The notes beneath the pieces were generated by a model that was not told the origin of the DNA, did no database searches, and saw only the letters and a list, made by a program, of their open reading frames with translations. A stretch of DNA of 64,000 nucleotides, from the NCBI GenBank assembly GCA_045577075.1, contig JAZNHR010000003.1, positions 853 through 64,852 on the forward strand, given 5' to 3'. The stretch is from Clostridia bacterium. Its GTDB lineage: Bacteria; Bacillota; Clostridia; UMGS1883; UMGS1540. This document shows positions 56,681-64,000 of the stretch, one piece after another (within the stretch, counting starts at the first letter, position 1; the number at the start of each line of letters is the position of its first letter). Position numbers and translations under genes: made by a program.

Positions 56681-59600
56681 TGGAGCAGTTTTTCGCGCCC
56701 CTTGGCGCACTTTCAGAACTAAATACACTATGTGCGGCAGTACGGGAGAAAAAAGGGGCTGTGCACGTCATCGGCGCGGCAGAAACGCAGAAGGCACATC
56801 TTATGGCGGCGCTGATTCGGGAAACGGGAAAGCGGAGCGTTGTCATAAGCTGGAGCGAAAGCGCCGCGCGTCTACTCGCGGAGGAGCTTTCCTTTTTTTC
56901 GGACAATGTTACCCATCTTGCACAAGGGGATTTTATTGAACGGTTTGCCGAAAGCACGGGGTATGACCTGTCCCGCGCGAGAGCGTCCGCACTCTATCGA
57001 ATTTTAGAAGGGGATACGGCTGTTTTAAGCGTAGGCTGCCTTCTTGATTTTATTTTGCCCCCGAAAAAATACAAGACGGTAACGCTAAAAACCGGGGAAA
57101 CCTTTTCCGACCTTGCCGGCCTTTTGGCAGAAATCGGGTATCGCCGCGTCCCCATGATTGAGGGGCCGGGGCAGTTTAGCGTGCGCGGCGGCATTGTGGA
57201 CGTGTTTCCGCCCACGGAGGAATCCCCTATAAGAATAGAATTTTTTGACACGGAGATTGACAGCATCCGCGCCTTTGACTTATCGTCCCAATCCTCTACC
57301 GAGCCACTGGATTCGGTAAGCATTATCCCTGCAGAGGCAGGAAATGGTGACGGCGACATTCTCGATTATTTTGATAGTGACACGCTTTTTATTTTCGATG
57401 AGCCCCAGCGCATTTCTGAAGGGGCGGCGTCCTATGGGGAAAGCGTGCGGCAAAGGGTAGAGGCTTTGGTGCTTAAAGGAAGCGTCAAAGAAACCAAAGA
57501 CGCGTATATGCACGATTATGCCGCATCGTTGCTGAAAATGAAAAAAGGACAGATTGTGGGCTTTTCTGCTATGAGCCAAATTTGCCCCGACTATAAGCCA
57601 AGCCTTACACTTCGTATAAGCGGTGTGGTGCTTGCGTCCTATGCCGGGAAAATGGAGCTACTTGCCGAGGATGTGGCACGGTGGAAGGAAAACGGCTATC
57701 ACATTTTTATTCTTGCCGGCAGCAGCGCCAGAGCAAAAGGAATTTATGAAGCGCTGGAGGAAGCAGGGGTACTGGCTCTGCTTAAAAAGCCAAATGAAGA
57801 AACAGACCGTGGCATCGTGGGTATTTACGACCTGCCCCTTTCAAAAGGCTTTATTTATTCCTCGATTAAAACCGTTTTTATCAGCGGCGGCGATATTTTC
57901 GTAAAGCAAAACAAGAAGCGGCGCACGGCACTCGGCGGCGCAAAGGCACTTCGCAGCTTTGATGAGCTTGCTATTGGGGACTTTGTTGTCCATCGCGTCC
58001 ACGGCATCGGAAAATTCGTTGCCATGGAGAAAATTGAAACGGACGGCATCGAGCGCGATTATTTAAAGCTTTTATATAAAAACAACGACTTTTTGTACGT
58101 GCCCGTTACCCAGCTCAATCTCCTTTATAAATACTCCCACGCCGGCGCCGATGCACCGGAGCCCAGGGTCAGCCGTCTGGGCGGCGGAGAGTGGCAAAAA
58201 ACAAAATCGGGCGTCAAGCAGTCCGTTCGGGAGCTTGCGATAAAGCTTGTTGATTTGTATGCTGCAAGAAGCCAAATGACGGGGCATGCCTTCCTGAAAG
58301 ACACCCCATGGCAGATGGACTTTGAAAGTGAATTTCCTTATACAGAAACGCCCGACCAGCTTGCCTGCATTGCAGAAGTAAAAAAGGATATGGAAAGTCC
58401 AAAGCCTATGGACAGACTTCTTTGCGGCGACGTAGGTTTTGGTAAAACGGAAGTGGCAATTCGCGCGGCGTTTAAGTGTATTATGGAAGGACTCCAATGT
58501 GTGTACCTTGTACCCACTACGATTTTGGCGTCCCAGCATTATGCTCATTTTGCGCGCCGTATGGAAAATTTCCCAGTAAGGGTAGAAATGCTGTCCCGTT
58601 TCCGCACCGAAGCCCAGCAAAAGAAAATCATTGAAGGGCTTAAAACGGGGGAAGTAGATGTTGTCATCGGTACCCATCGCTTGCTCGGAAACGATATTAC
58701 CTATAAACGGCTCGGCCTTCTTATAATCGACGAGGAACAGCGCTTCGGCGTAGGCCATAAAGAGAAAATTAAAGATATGAAAAACGGCGTGGACGTGCTG
58801 ACGCTGACGGCAACCCCCATTCCCCGAACGCTGAATATGGCAATGACGGGGATTCGGGACATGAGCGTTTTGGCAAATCCGCCTGAGGACCGGCAACCCA
58901 TTCAAACCTATGTGTTTGAGTACGACGCCGGCGTCGTACAGGACGCCTTGGAACGGGAAATTGCCCGAGGCGGTCAGGTCTACTATGTGTATAATCGGGT
59001 ACAAGGCATATACCGCGTAGCGGAAAACCTTCGCAAAATGATGCCGAATGCAAGAATTGCCGTAGCCCATGGGCGCATGAACGAGGAAGAATTGGAAAAC
59101 GTCATGACCGGCATGATAGAAAAGGAATACGATATTCTTGTCAGCACCACCATTATCGAATCGGGGATTGACATTCCAAATGTCAACACTCTAATTGTGG
59201 AAAACGCAGACCACATGGGGCTTGCACAGCTATATCAGCTACGAGGGCGCGTAGGACGAAGTGGTAGGGTAGCATATGCGTATCTAACCTTCAAACGAGA
59301 TAAAGCCCTTTCGGAAATTGCAGAAAAGCGGCTCCTTGCAATCAAAGAATTTACGGAGCTTGGCTCCGGCTTTAAAATTGCTATGCGTGACCTTGAAATC
59401 CGCGGTGCAGGAAATCTCCTCGGCCCTGAACAGCACGGCTTTATGGCAAGCGTCGGGTATGACATGTATGTGCGTTTACTTGAAGAAGCCGTTTCGGAAA
59501 TGCGAGGCGAGGAAGGGAAAACAGAGGCGGTTATCGACCTTGTCATCGACGCCGGTATTACCGACAGCTTTATCGAAGACCCGCGGCAAAGGCTGGAAGC

Positions 59601-59958
59601 GTATCGCCTGATTGCCGATATCGGCAGCGAGGAGGATGCGGATGTAGCAATCGAAGCGCTTATCGACCGCTTCGGCGACCCGCCCCCCAAAGTTTTGCGT
59701 CTTGTTGACGTAGCACTCCTGCGTGTGTATGCGGAAGAGGCGGGCATAGGCGAGGTGAGCCAAAGCGGCGGACGGATTTTCCTCTATTTCGATAAGAAGC
59801 CGAATATGGAAACGGTAAGCCGCGTCATGGAAGAAAATCGGGGCAAGCTTTTATTTAATGCAGGGGAAAGACCGTATCTCCAGCTTCGAGAAGGCTTCCT
59901 CAAAAATAAGAATGATACGGAAAAATTAAAAAAATTGTTAAAAGACTTGAAAAACTAG
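56680..59958 (+). CDS. mfd: transcription-repair coupling factor Mfd
   Basis: 1092 aa; UvrB-like N-term, RNAP-interaction domain, SF2 helicase motifs ([11 protein letters not shown]; DEEQRFG), TRCF C-term. Confidence 0.95.
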   Translation: MEQFFAPLGALSELNTLCAAVREKKGAVHVIGAAETQKAHLMAALIRETGKRSVVISWSESAARLLAEELSFFSDNVTHLAQGDFIERFAESTGYDLSRARASALYRILEGDTAVLSVGCLLDFILPPKKYKTVTLKTGETFSDLAGLLAEIGYRRVPMIEGPGQFSVRGGIVDVFPPTEESPIRIEFFDTEIDSIRAFDLSSQSSTEPLDSVSIIPAEAGNGDGDILDYFDSDTLFIFDEPQRISEGAASYGESVRQRVEALVLKGSVKETKDAYMHDYAASLLKMKKGQIVGFSAMSQICPDYKPSLTLRISGVVLASYAGKMELLAEDVARWKENGYHIFILAGSSARAKGIYEALEEAGVLALLKKPNEETDRGIVGIYDLPLSKGFIYSSIKTVFISGGDIFVKQNKKRRTALGGAKALRSFDELAIGDFVVHRVHGIGKFVAMEKIETDGIERDYLKLLYKNNDFLYVPVTQLNLLYKYSHAGADAPEPRVSRLGGGEWQKTKSGVKQSVRELAIKLVDLYAARSQMTGHAFLKDTPWQMDFESEFPYTETPDQLACIAEVKKDMESPKPMDRLLCGDVGFGKTEVAIRAAFKCIMEGLQCVYLVPTTILASQHYAHFARRMENFPVRVEMLSRFRTEAQQKKIIEGLKTGEVDVVIGTHRLLGNDITYKRLGLLIIDEEQRFGVGHKEKIKDMKNGVDVLTLTATPIPRTLNMAMTGIRDMSVLANPPEDRQPIQTYVFEYDAGVVQDALEREIARGGQVYYVYNRVQGIYRVAENLRKMMPNARIAVAHGRMNEEELENVMTGMIEKEYDILVSTTIIESGIDIPNVNTLIVENADHMGLAQLYQLRGRVGRSGRVAYAYLTFKRDKALSEIAEKRLLAIKEFTELGSGFKIAMRDLEIRGAGNLLGPEQHGFMASVGYDMYVRLLEEAVSEMRGEEGKTEAVIDLVIDAGITDSFIEDPRQRLEAYRLIADIGSEEDADVAIEALIDRFGDPPPKVLRLVDVALLRVYAEEAGIGEVSQSGGRIFLYFDKKPNMETVSRVMEENRGKLLFNAGERPYLQLREGFLKNKNDTEKLKKLLKDLKN

Positions 59959-60010
59959 CCAAAATGTAGTAATATATACATGATTTACACAAAAAAGGAG
60001 AGTAAACAGT

Positions 60011-61078
60011 ATGAAACGAGTCAAAGTGTTGGCATGTCTTGCGGCAATCGTAATGGTTCTTTCCGCTTGCAACGCCATAAACGTAACGAAGGTTGCCACC
60101 GTAGGGGAGGCGGCCGTATACAAGCCTGAATTTATGTATTATCTTGAAATGGCTAAGAGTGAAGCATATCAGCTGGCACAAAGCCAAGGCAACGTTATCG
60201 CCAAGGATGCGGACTGGAACACCGTAATGATTGAAGGCAAAACAGCAGCCCAGTATGCAAAGGATAAGGCACTGGACAGCATCCGTTCCATTCTTGTGGT
60301 GGAAGCAAAGGCAAAGGCGGCAGGATATGTGATGACGGAAGCGGATTTGACGGAAGTCACAAATGCCAAGAGCCAAATTATTGAACAGCTCGGCGGCCGC
60401 TACGGATATGAACAGTCCCTAGATAAAATGGGCATCACCATTGATGCGTTTAATGCTTTGGTTGAAAGAAGCGTATATGCAAGCGCTTACATGCAGAAGC
60501 TGGCATCGGAAGATACGTCTATTCAGCCTTCTGCAGATGTAGCAAAAGAAAAGTACAATAATGAATATGTCTATGTTCGTCACATTCTGATTTCCAATCA
60601 GCCCGAGGAAGAAACTGTATTAAAGACAGACGGAAACGGTGATGTCATCGTGGACTATGTCGCGGAAGCAAAGAAGGAAGCGGAAGACATTCTCGCAAAG
60701 CTTGCCGCAGGCGGCGACTTCATTGCTCTTATGAACGAACATTCTGATGACGGCCGCGGCGAAGATGGCAAGCTTTCCAGCGACGGCTATATTATGACGG
60801 ATAACGGCCAGATGGTACCGGAATTTGAAGAAGCGGCCATGAAACTGGAAGTCGGTGCATACACTACGGAAGCTGTAGAAACTGCTTACGGCTACCATAT
60901 TATTAAACGCTATGACCTTCCTAAGGAGGGCACGAAGTACGACGAAACGATTGCAGCCATTACATCTGACATGGTGACCGAAAACATGGAAAATCAGGTT
61001 GATGTTTGGGCAGACGAACTGGGCTTTGCCACAAACGATAAGTACGTTGCAAAACTAAAGATTAAGATGGAGGAATAA
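60011..61078 (+). CDS. peptidyl-prolyl cis-trans isomerase lipoprotein (PrsA/SurA-like foldase)
   Basis: lipoprotein signal LACLAAIVMVLSAC; parvulin PPIC domain (YVRHILI.., GYHIIK). Confidence 0.8.
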   Translation: MKRVKVLACLAAIVMVLSACNAINVTKVATVGEAAVYKPEFMYYLEMAKSEAYQLAQSQGNVIAKDADWNTVMIEGKTAAQYAKDKALDSIRSILVVEAKAKAAGYVMTEADLTEVTNAKSQIIEQLGGRYGYEQSLDKMGITIDAFNALVERSVYASAYMQKLASEDTSIQPSADVAKEKYNNEYVYVRHILISNQPEEETVLKTDGNGDVIVDYVAEAKKEAEDILAKLAAGGDFIALMNEHSDDGRGEDGKLSSDGYIMTDNGQMVPEFEEAAMKLEVGAYTTEAVETAYGYHIIKRYDLPKEGTKYDETIAAITSDMVTENMENQVDVWADELGFATNDKYVAKLKIKMEE

Positions 61079-61081
61079 ACC

Positions 61082-61822
61082 GTGTCCGGACATTCTAAAT
61101 TTAGTAACATAAAGCATAAAAAAGAAAAAAGTGATGCACAGCGTGCAAAAATCTTTACGAAAATCGGCAGAGAAATTGCCGTTGTCGTAAAGGCAGGCGG
61201 CCCGGACCCGGAGGTCAACGGCAAACTGAAAGACGTTATTGCAAAGGCACGTGCAAACAATATGCCCAATGATAACGTACAGCGCTGCATTAAAAAAGCG
61301 GCCGGGGAAGACATGGCGGATAACTATGAAGAAATCATTTATGAAGGCTACGGCCCCAGTGGCGTTGCCGTTATCGTAGAAACGCTGACGGATAACCGAA
61401 ACCGCACTGCCGCAGATATGCGCCACTACTTTGATAAGTACGGCGGCAACCTCGGGCAGACGGGCTGTGTAACCTTTATGTTTGACACCCGCGGTGTTAT
61501 CGTAGTCGAAGGGGAAGGTGCAGACGAAGAAACGCTTATGATGGAAGCACTGGACGCAGGGGCTGACGATTTTTCCGCAGAAGAGGATTTCTTTGAAATT
61601 ATCACAGCACCCGAAAATTTCGGCAAGGTGCGTGAAGCGATTGAAAACGGCGGCTATAAGATTGCATCGGCAGAGATTATGCGCTTGCCGCAGACAACCG
61701 TTACCTTAAGTAGCGACGATGACCTGAAAAATATGAACAAGCTCATCGAAATGCTGGAGGATAATGACGACGTGCAGAATGTATACCATAACTGCGAACT
61801 GCCGGAAGAAGACGAAGAATAA
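61082..61822 (+). CDS. yebC: YebC/PmpR-family DNA-binding transcriptional regulator
   Basis: 246 aa; [15 protein letters not shown]-terminus diagnostic; GTG start. Confidence 0.9.
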   Translation: MSGHSKFSNIKHKKEKSDAQRAKIFTKIGREIAVVVKAGGPDPEVNGKLKDVIAKARANNMPNDNVQRCIKKAAGEDMADNYEEIIYEGYGPSGVAVIVETLTDNRNRTAADMRHYFDKYGGNLGQTGCVTFMFDTRGVIVVEGEGADEETLMMEALDAGADDFSAEEDFFEIITAPENFGKVREAIENGGYKIASAEIMRLPQTTVTLSSDDDLKNMNKLIEMLEDNDDVQNVYHNCELPEEDEE

Positions 61823-61878
61823 AAGTGAGTCCACGGCATCATGCCGTGGACTTTTTGCAAATTGGTGAGGTGGAGAAC

Positions 61879-62055
61879 ATGGGAACACAGTGCGAAACCT
61901 GTGCATATTATGCATACGACGACGAAACGGGTACATATGCATGCACGATGCAATTTGACGAGGATGACATTTCTGCCTTTTACGGAGGACGAAAAAACGC
62001 CTGCCCGTATTATCACTTTTATGATGAATACAAAATGGTACAAAAACAAAATTAG
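61879..62055 (+). CDS. small acidic Cys-containing hypothetical protein
   Basis: 58 aa; CETC..C...C motif, GGTGAGGTGGAG RBS; start chosen at internal ATG. Confidence 0.4.
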   Translation: MGTQCETCAYYAYDDETGTYACTMQFDEDDISAFYGGRKNACPYYHFYDEYKMVQKQN

Positions 62056-62127
62056 ATGAAAAGGTATGGACTTTTCAATAAAGACGTGCTATAATAATCT
62101 CAATACGGAAATAAAGGACTGTTTCAG

Positions 62128-63369
62128 ATGAATAAGTATAAAGATTTTGATAATTACTTAAAGGAGTTCCCGACAAGCGACGGCTATTTCGGAAAATACG
62201 GGGGTGCCTATCTCCCTGATGAACTCATTCCGGCGTTTAAAGAGGCGGACGATGCGTATGAAGCGATCTGCCATTCCGCCCAGTTTATTAACGAACTGCG
62301 CCGCATTCGCAAGGAATTCCAGGGGAGACCTACGCCTGTGTATCACTGCGAGCGTCTTTCTAAGATTTTTGGCAATTGCCAGATTTACTTAAAGCGTGAG
62401 GACTTAAACCATACCGGCGCGCATAAATTAAACCATTGCATGGGAGAAGGCCTTCTTGCAAAATATATGGGCAAGAAAAAGCTTATTGCGGAAACGGGCG
62501 CAGGGCAGCACGGCGTTGCGATTGCAACGGCGGCGGCATATTTCGGCATGGAGTGTGACGTTTATATGGGCGAAGTGGACATTGAAAAGCAGCACCCGAA
62601 TGTGATTCGTATGAAGATGCTGGGCGCTAATGTCGTTCCCGTAACCCATGGTCTGAAAACCTTAAAGGAAGCGGTAGATGCCGCGTTTGAAGCGTATTTA
62701 AAGGAATATGACAGCGCGATTTACTGCATCGGTTCTGTCCTCGGTCCCCATCCGTTCCCCAAAATGGTACGGGACTTCCAATCTGTTATCGGCATTGAGG
62801 CGAGAGAACAGTTCCTCGAAATGACAGGGATTATGCCTGATGCCGTTTGTGCCTGTGTTGGCGGCGGTTCCAACTCCATCGGTATGTTTGTGCCGTTCCT
62901 TTCTGACCCTGTTGAAATTTACGGCGTAGAACCTTTAGGCCGCGGCGATGCGGTGGGGGATCATGCCGCTACCATGAAGCACGGCACGCCCGGTCGTCTC
63001 CACGGCTTCCACAGTTATCTTCTCCAGGACGAAAACGGCGAGCCACTTCCCGTGTACTCTATCGCAAGCGGTCTGGACTATCCTGGCGTAGGCCCCGAGC
63101 ACGCACACCTTCGTGATTTAGGGCGCGTGCATTATGAAACGGTTTCCGACGAAGAGGCCATGGAAGCCTTCTTCCTCCTTTCCAGATACGAGGGCATTAT
63201 TCCCGCAATTGAAAGTGCCCACGCGGTGGCATATGCCATTCGCTATGCAAAAGAACACAAGTCCGGCTCTATCCTTGCATGTCTTTCCGGCAGAGGGGAT
63301 AAGGATATTGACTATGTGTATGAAAAATACGGCTGTGGCGAAAAGTTTAAGCTCGAGTATGATGTTTAA
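62128..63369 (+). CDS. trpB: tryptophan synthase beta chain (stand-alone trpB)
   Basis: 413 aa; PLP-Lys motif [15 protein letters not shown] loop; no trpA adjacent. Confidence 0.88.
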   Translation: MNKYKDFDNYLKEFPTSDGYFGKYGGAYLPDELIPAFKEADDAYEAICHSAQFINELRRIRKEFQGRPTPVYHCERLSKIFGNCQIYLKREDLNHTGAHKLNHCMGEGLLAKYMGKKKLIAETGAGQHGVAIATAAAYFGMECDVYMGEVDIEKQHPNVIRMKMLGANVVPVTHGLKTLKEAVDAAFEAYLKEYDSAIYCIGSVLGPHPFPKMVRDFQSVIGIEAREQFLEMTGIMPDAVCACVGGGSNSIGMFVPFLSDPVEIYGVEPLGRGDAVGDHAATMKHGTPGRLHGFHSYLLQDENGEPLPVYSIASGLDYPGVGPEHAHLRDLGRVHYETVSDEEAMEAFFLLSRYEGIIPAIESAHAVAYAIRYAKEHKSGSILACLSGRGDKDIDYVYEKYGCGEKFKLEYDV

Positions 63370-63396
63370 TGCAGCCTAAAAAATTGTCGAAAGTTC

Positions 63397-63425
63397 TTGA
63401 CAAACAGGGATAACAGAATTATAAT
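63397..63425 (+). promoter_or_regulatory. consensus sigma-A promoter (TTGACA-17-TATAAT) for antiporter gene
   Basis: perfect hexamers, 17-nt spacer. Confidence 0.7.
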
Positions 63426-63436
63426 AGGAAAGTCAT

Positions 63437-63471
63437 GTAAAATCGAGAGGCCAAGTGTCTTTCGATTTTAC
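63437..63471 (+). other. 5'-UTR stem-loop (10-bp perfect stem GTAAAATCGA/TCGATTTTAC, 15-nt loop) between promoter and antiporter RBS
   Basis: sequence. Confidence 0.5.
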
Positions 63472-63505
63472 TATGCAAGAATTAGAAGTAAGGAAGAGAA
63501 TTGTT

Positions 63506-64000
63506 ATGAGCACACTTTTATCAGTTTCCATTGCACTGCTCGCAGGGCTACTCATGACCCGCGTGTTTAAACCCTTAAAGCTCCCGGCAGTTACCGCCTA
63601 CCTCATCGCCGGTGTCCTGGTTGGCCCGTATTGCATGGGCGCACTCGGCATTGAAGGGCTTGGCTTTAAATCTTCGGAAGCGGTAGGGGCACTTTCCCTC
63701 ATCTCCGATGTTGCCCTTGGCTTTATCGCTTTTTCTATCGGTAACGAGTTCCGCCTTTCTGACCTTAAAAAAATCGGTAAGCAGGCATTTGTTATCGGTA
63801 TTTTTCAGGCAATTGTGGCAACCATTTTGGTAGACCTTGCCCTTTTAGGCATTCACCTTATCATGCCGGATAAACTGACGGTGCCCCAGCTGATTACGTT
63901 AGGTGCCATCGCTACGGCAACTGCGCCTGCGGCAACGCTGATGGTCGTTCGTCAGTATAAGGCAAAAGGACCTCTGACGGATTTGCTGTTGCCCATCGTT
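63506..64000 (+). CDS. cation:proton antiporter (Kef/CPA2-type Na+/H+ exchanger), 3'-truncated by window end
   Basis: N-terminal TM helices with Na_H_exchanger motifs (AYLIAGVLVGP..); AGGAAGAG RBS. Confidence 0.8.
   Translation, partial: MSTLLSVSIALLAGLLMTRVFKPLKLPAVTAYLIAGVLVGPYCMGALGIEGLGFKSSEAVGALSLISDVALGFIAFSIGNEFRLSDLKKIGKQAFVIGIFQAIVATILVDLALLGIHLIMPDKLTVPQLITLGAIATATAPAATLMVVRQYKAKGPLTDLLLPIV

Noticed and set aside
63386-63392. Spo0A-box-like TGTCGAA just upstream of the antiporter promoter -35
   Set aside because: A single 7-mer is expected several times by chance in 64 kb; no second box or supporting context.
1-64000. CRISPR arrays, rRNA genes, transposases or integrases
   Set aside because: No spaced direct-repeat array, no rRNA-like conserved blocks, and no ORF with DDE or tyrosine/serine recombinase motifs were seen on either strand.

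Overview
This window reads as a conserved chromosomal core segment of a spore-forming Firmicutes (Clostridia-type) genome, about 50% GC and densely coded on both strands. It carries housekeeping and sporulation genes, one tRNA, several intrinsic terminators, and no rRNA, CRISPR array or intact mobile element.

Gene order:
- Plus strand, start of window: rsmD-pfkA-spoIIGA-sigE-ftsH.
- Minus strand: a DUF11-repeat protein, a Card1/DUF1887-like CARF-nuclease gene, smc-degV-ricT(yaaT)-holB-darA, a 2-hydroxyacid dehydrogenase and a phosphoesterase.
- Plus strand: ruvX, DUF1292, a structured leader, a GT-C-like membrane protein and an SLH/beta-propeller protein.
- Plus strand: asd-dapA-dapB, efp, an acidic Cys-rich protein, two orphan sugar ABC permeases, clpE, ferredoxin, two methyltransferases (rsmI), ddl, DUF1934-argS, ctp, ispG, polC.
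- tRNA-Ser(GGA) with repeat structures, followed by a small AT-rich islet (XRE/Cro-like pair).
- AraC regulator, MATE transporter, purC, DUF3343-cysteine desulfurase, ylmC/ymxH.
- Minus strand: rnmV, a histidine phosphatase, a degraded uridine-kinase-like gene, hemZ-like, an MBL hydrolase, relA, recJ.
- Plus strand to the end: metA, a YkgJ-like protein, pth, mfd, prsA-like, yebC, trpB, a partial cation/H+ antiporter.

The most unusual element is a Card1/Can2-like (DUF1887) CARF plus PD-(D/E)xK-like gene translationally coupled to the 3' end of smc. It sits where ftsY normally lies, and no cyclic-oligoadenylate synthase or CRISPR-Cas genes are present in the window.

All functional calls rest on motif-level reading of the supplied ORF translations; no database searches were run. 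The Card1 assignment in particular leans on an approximate recollection of the Card1 reference sequence.
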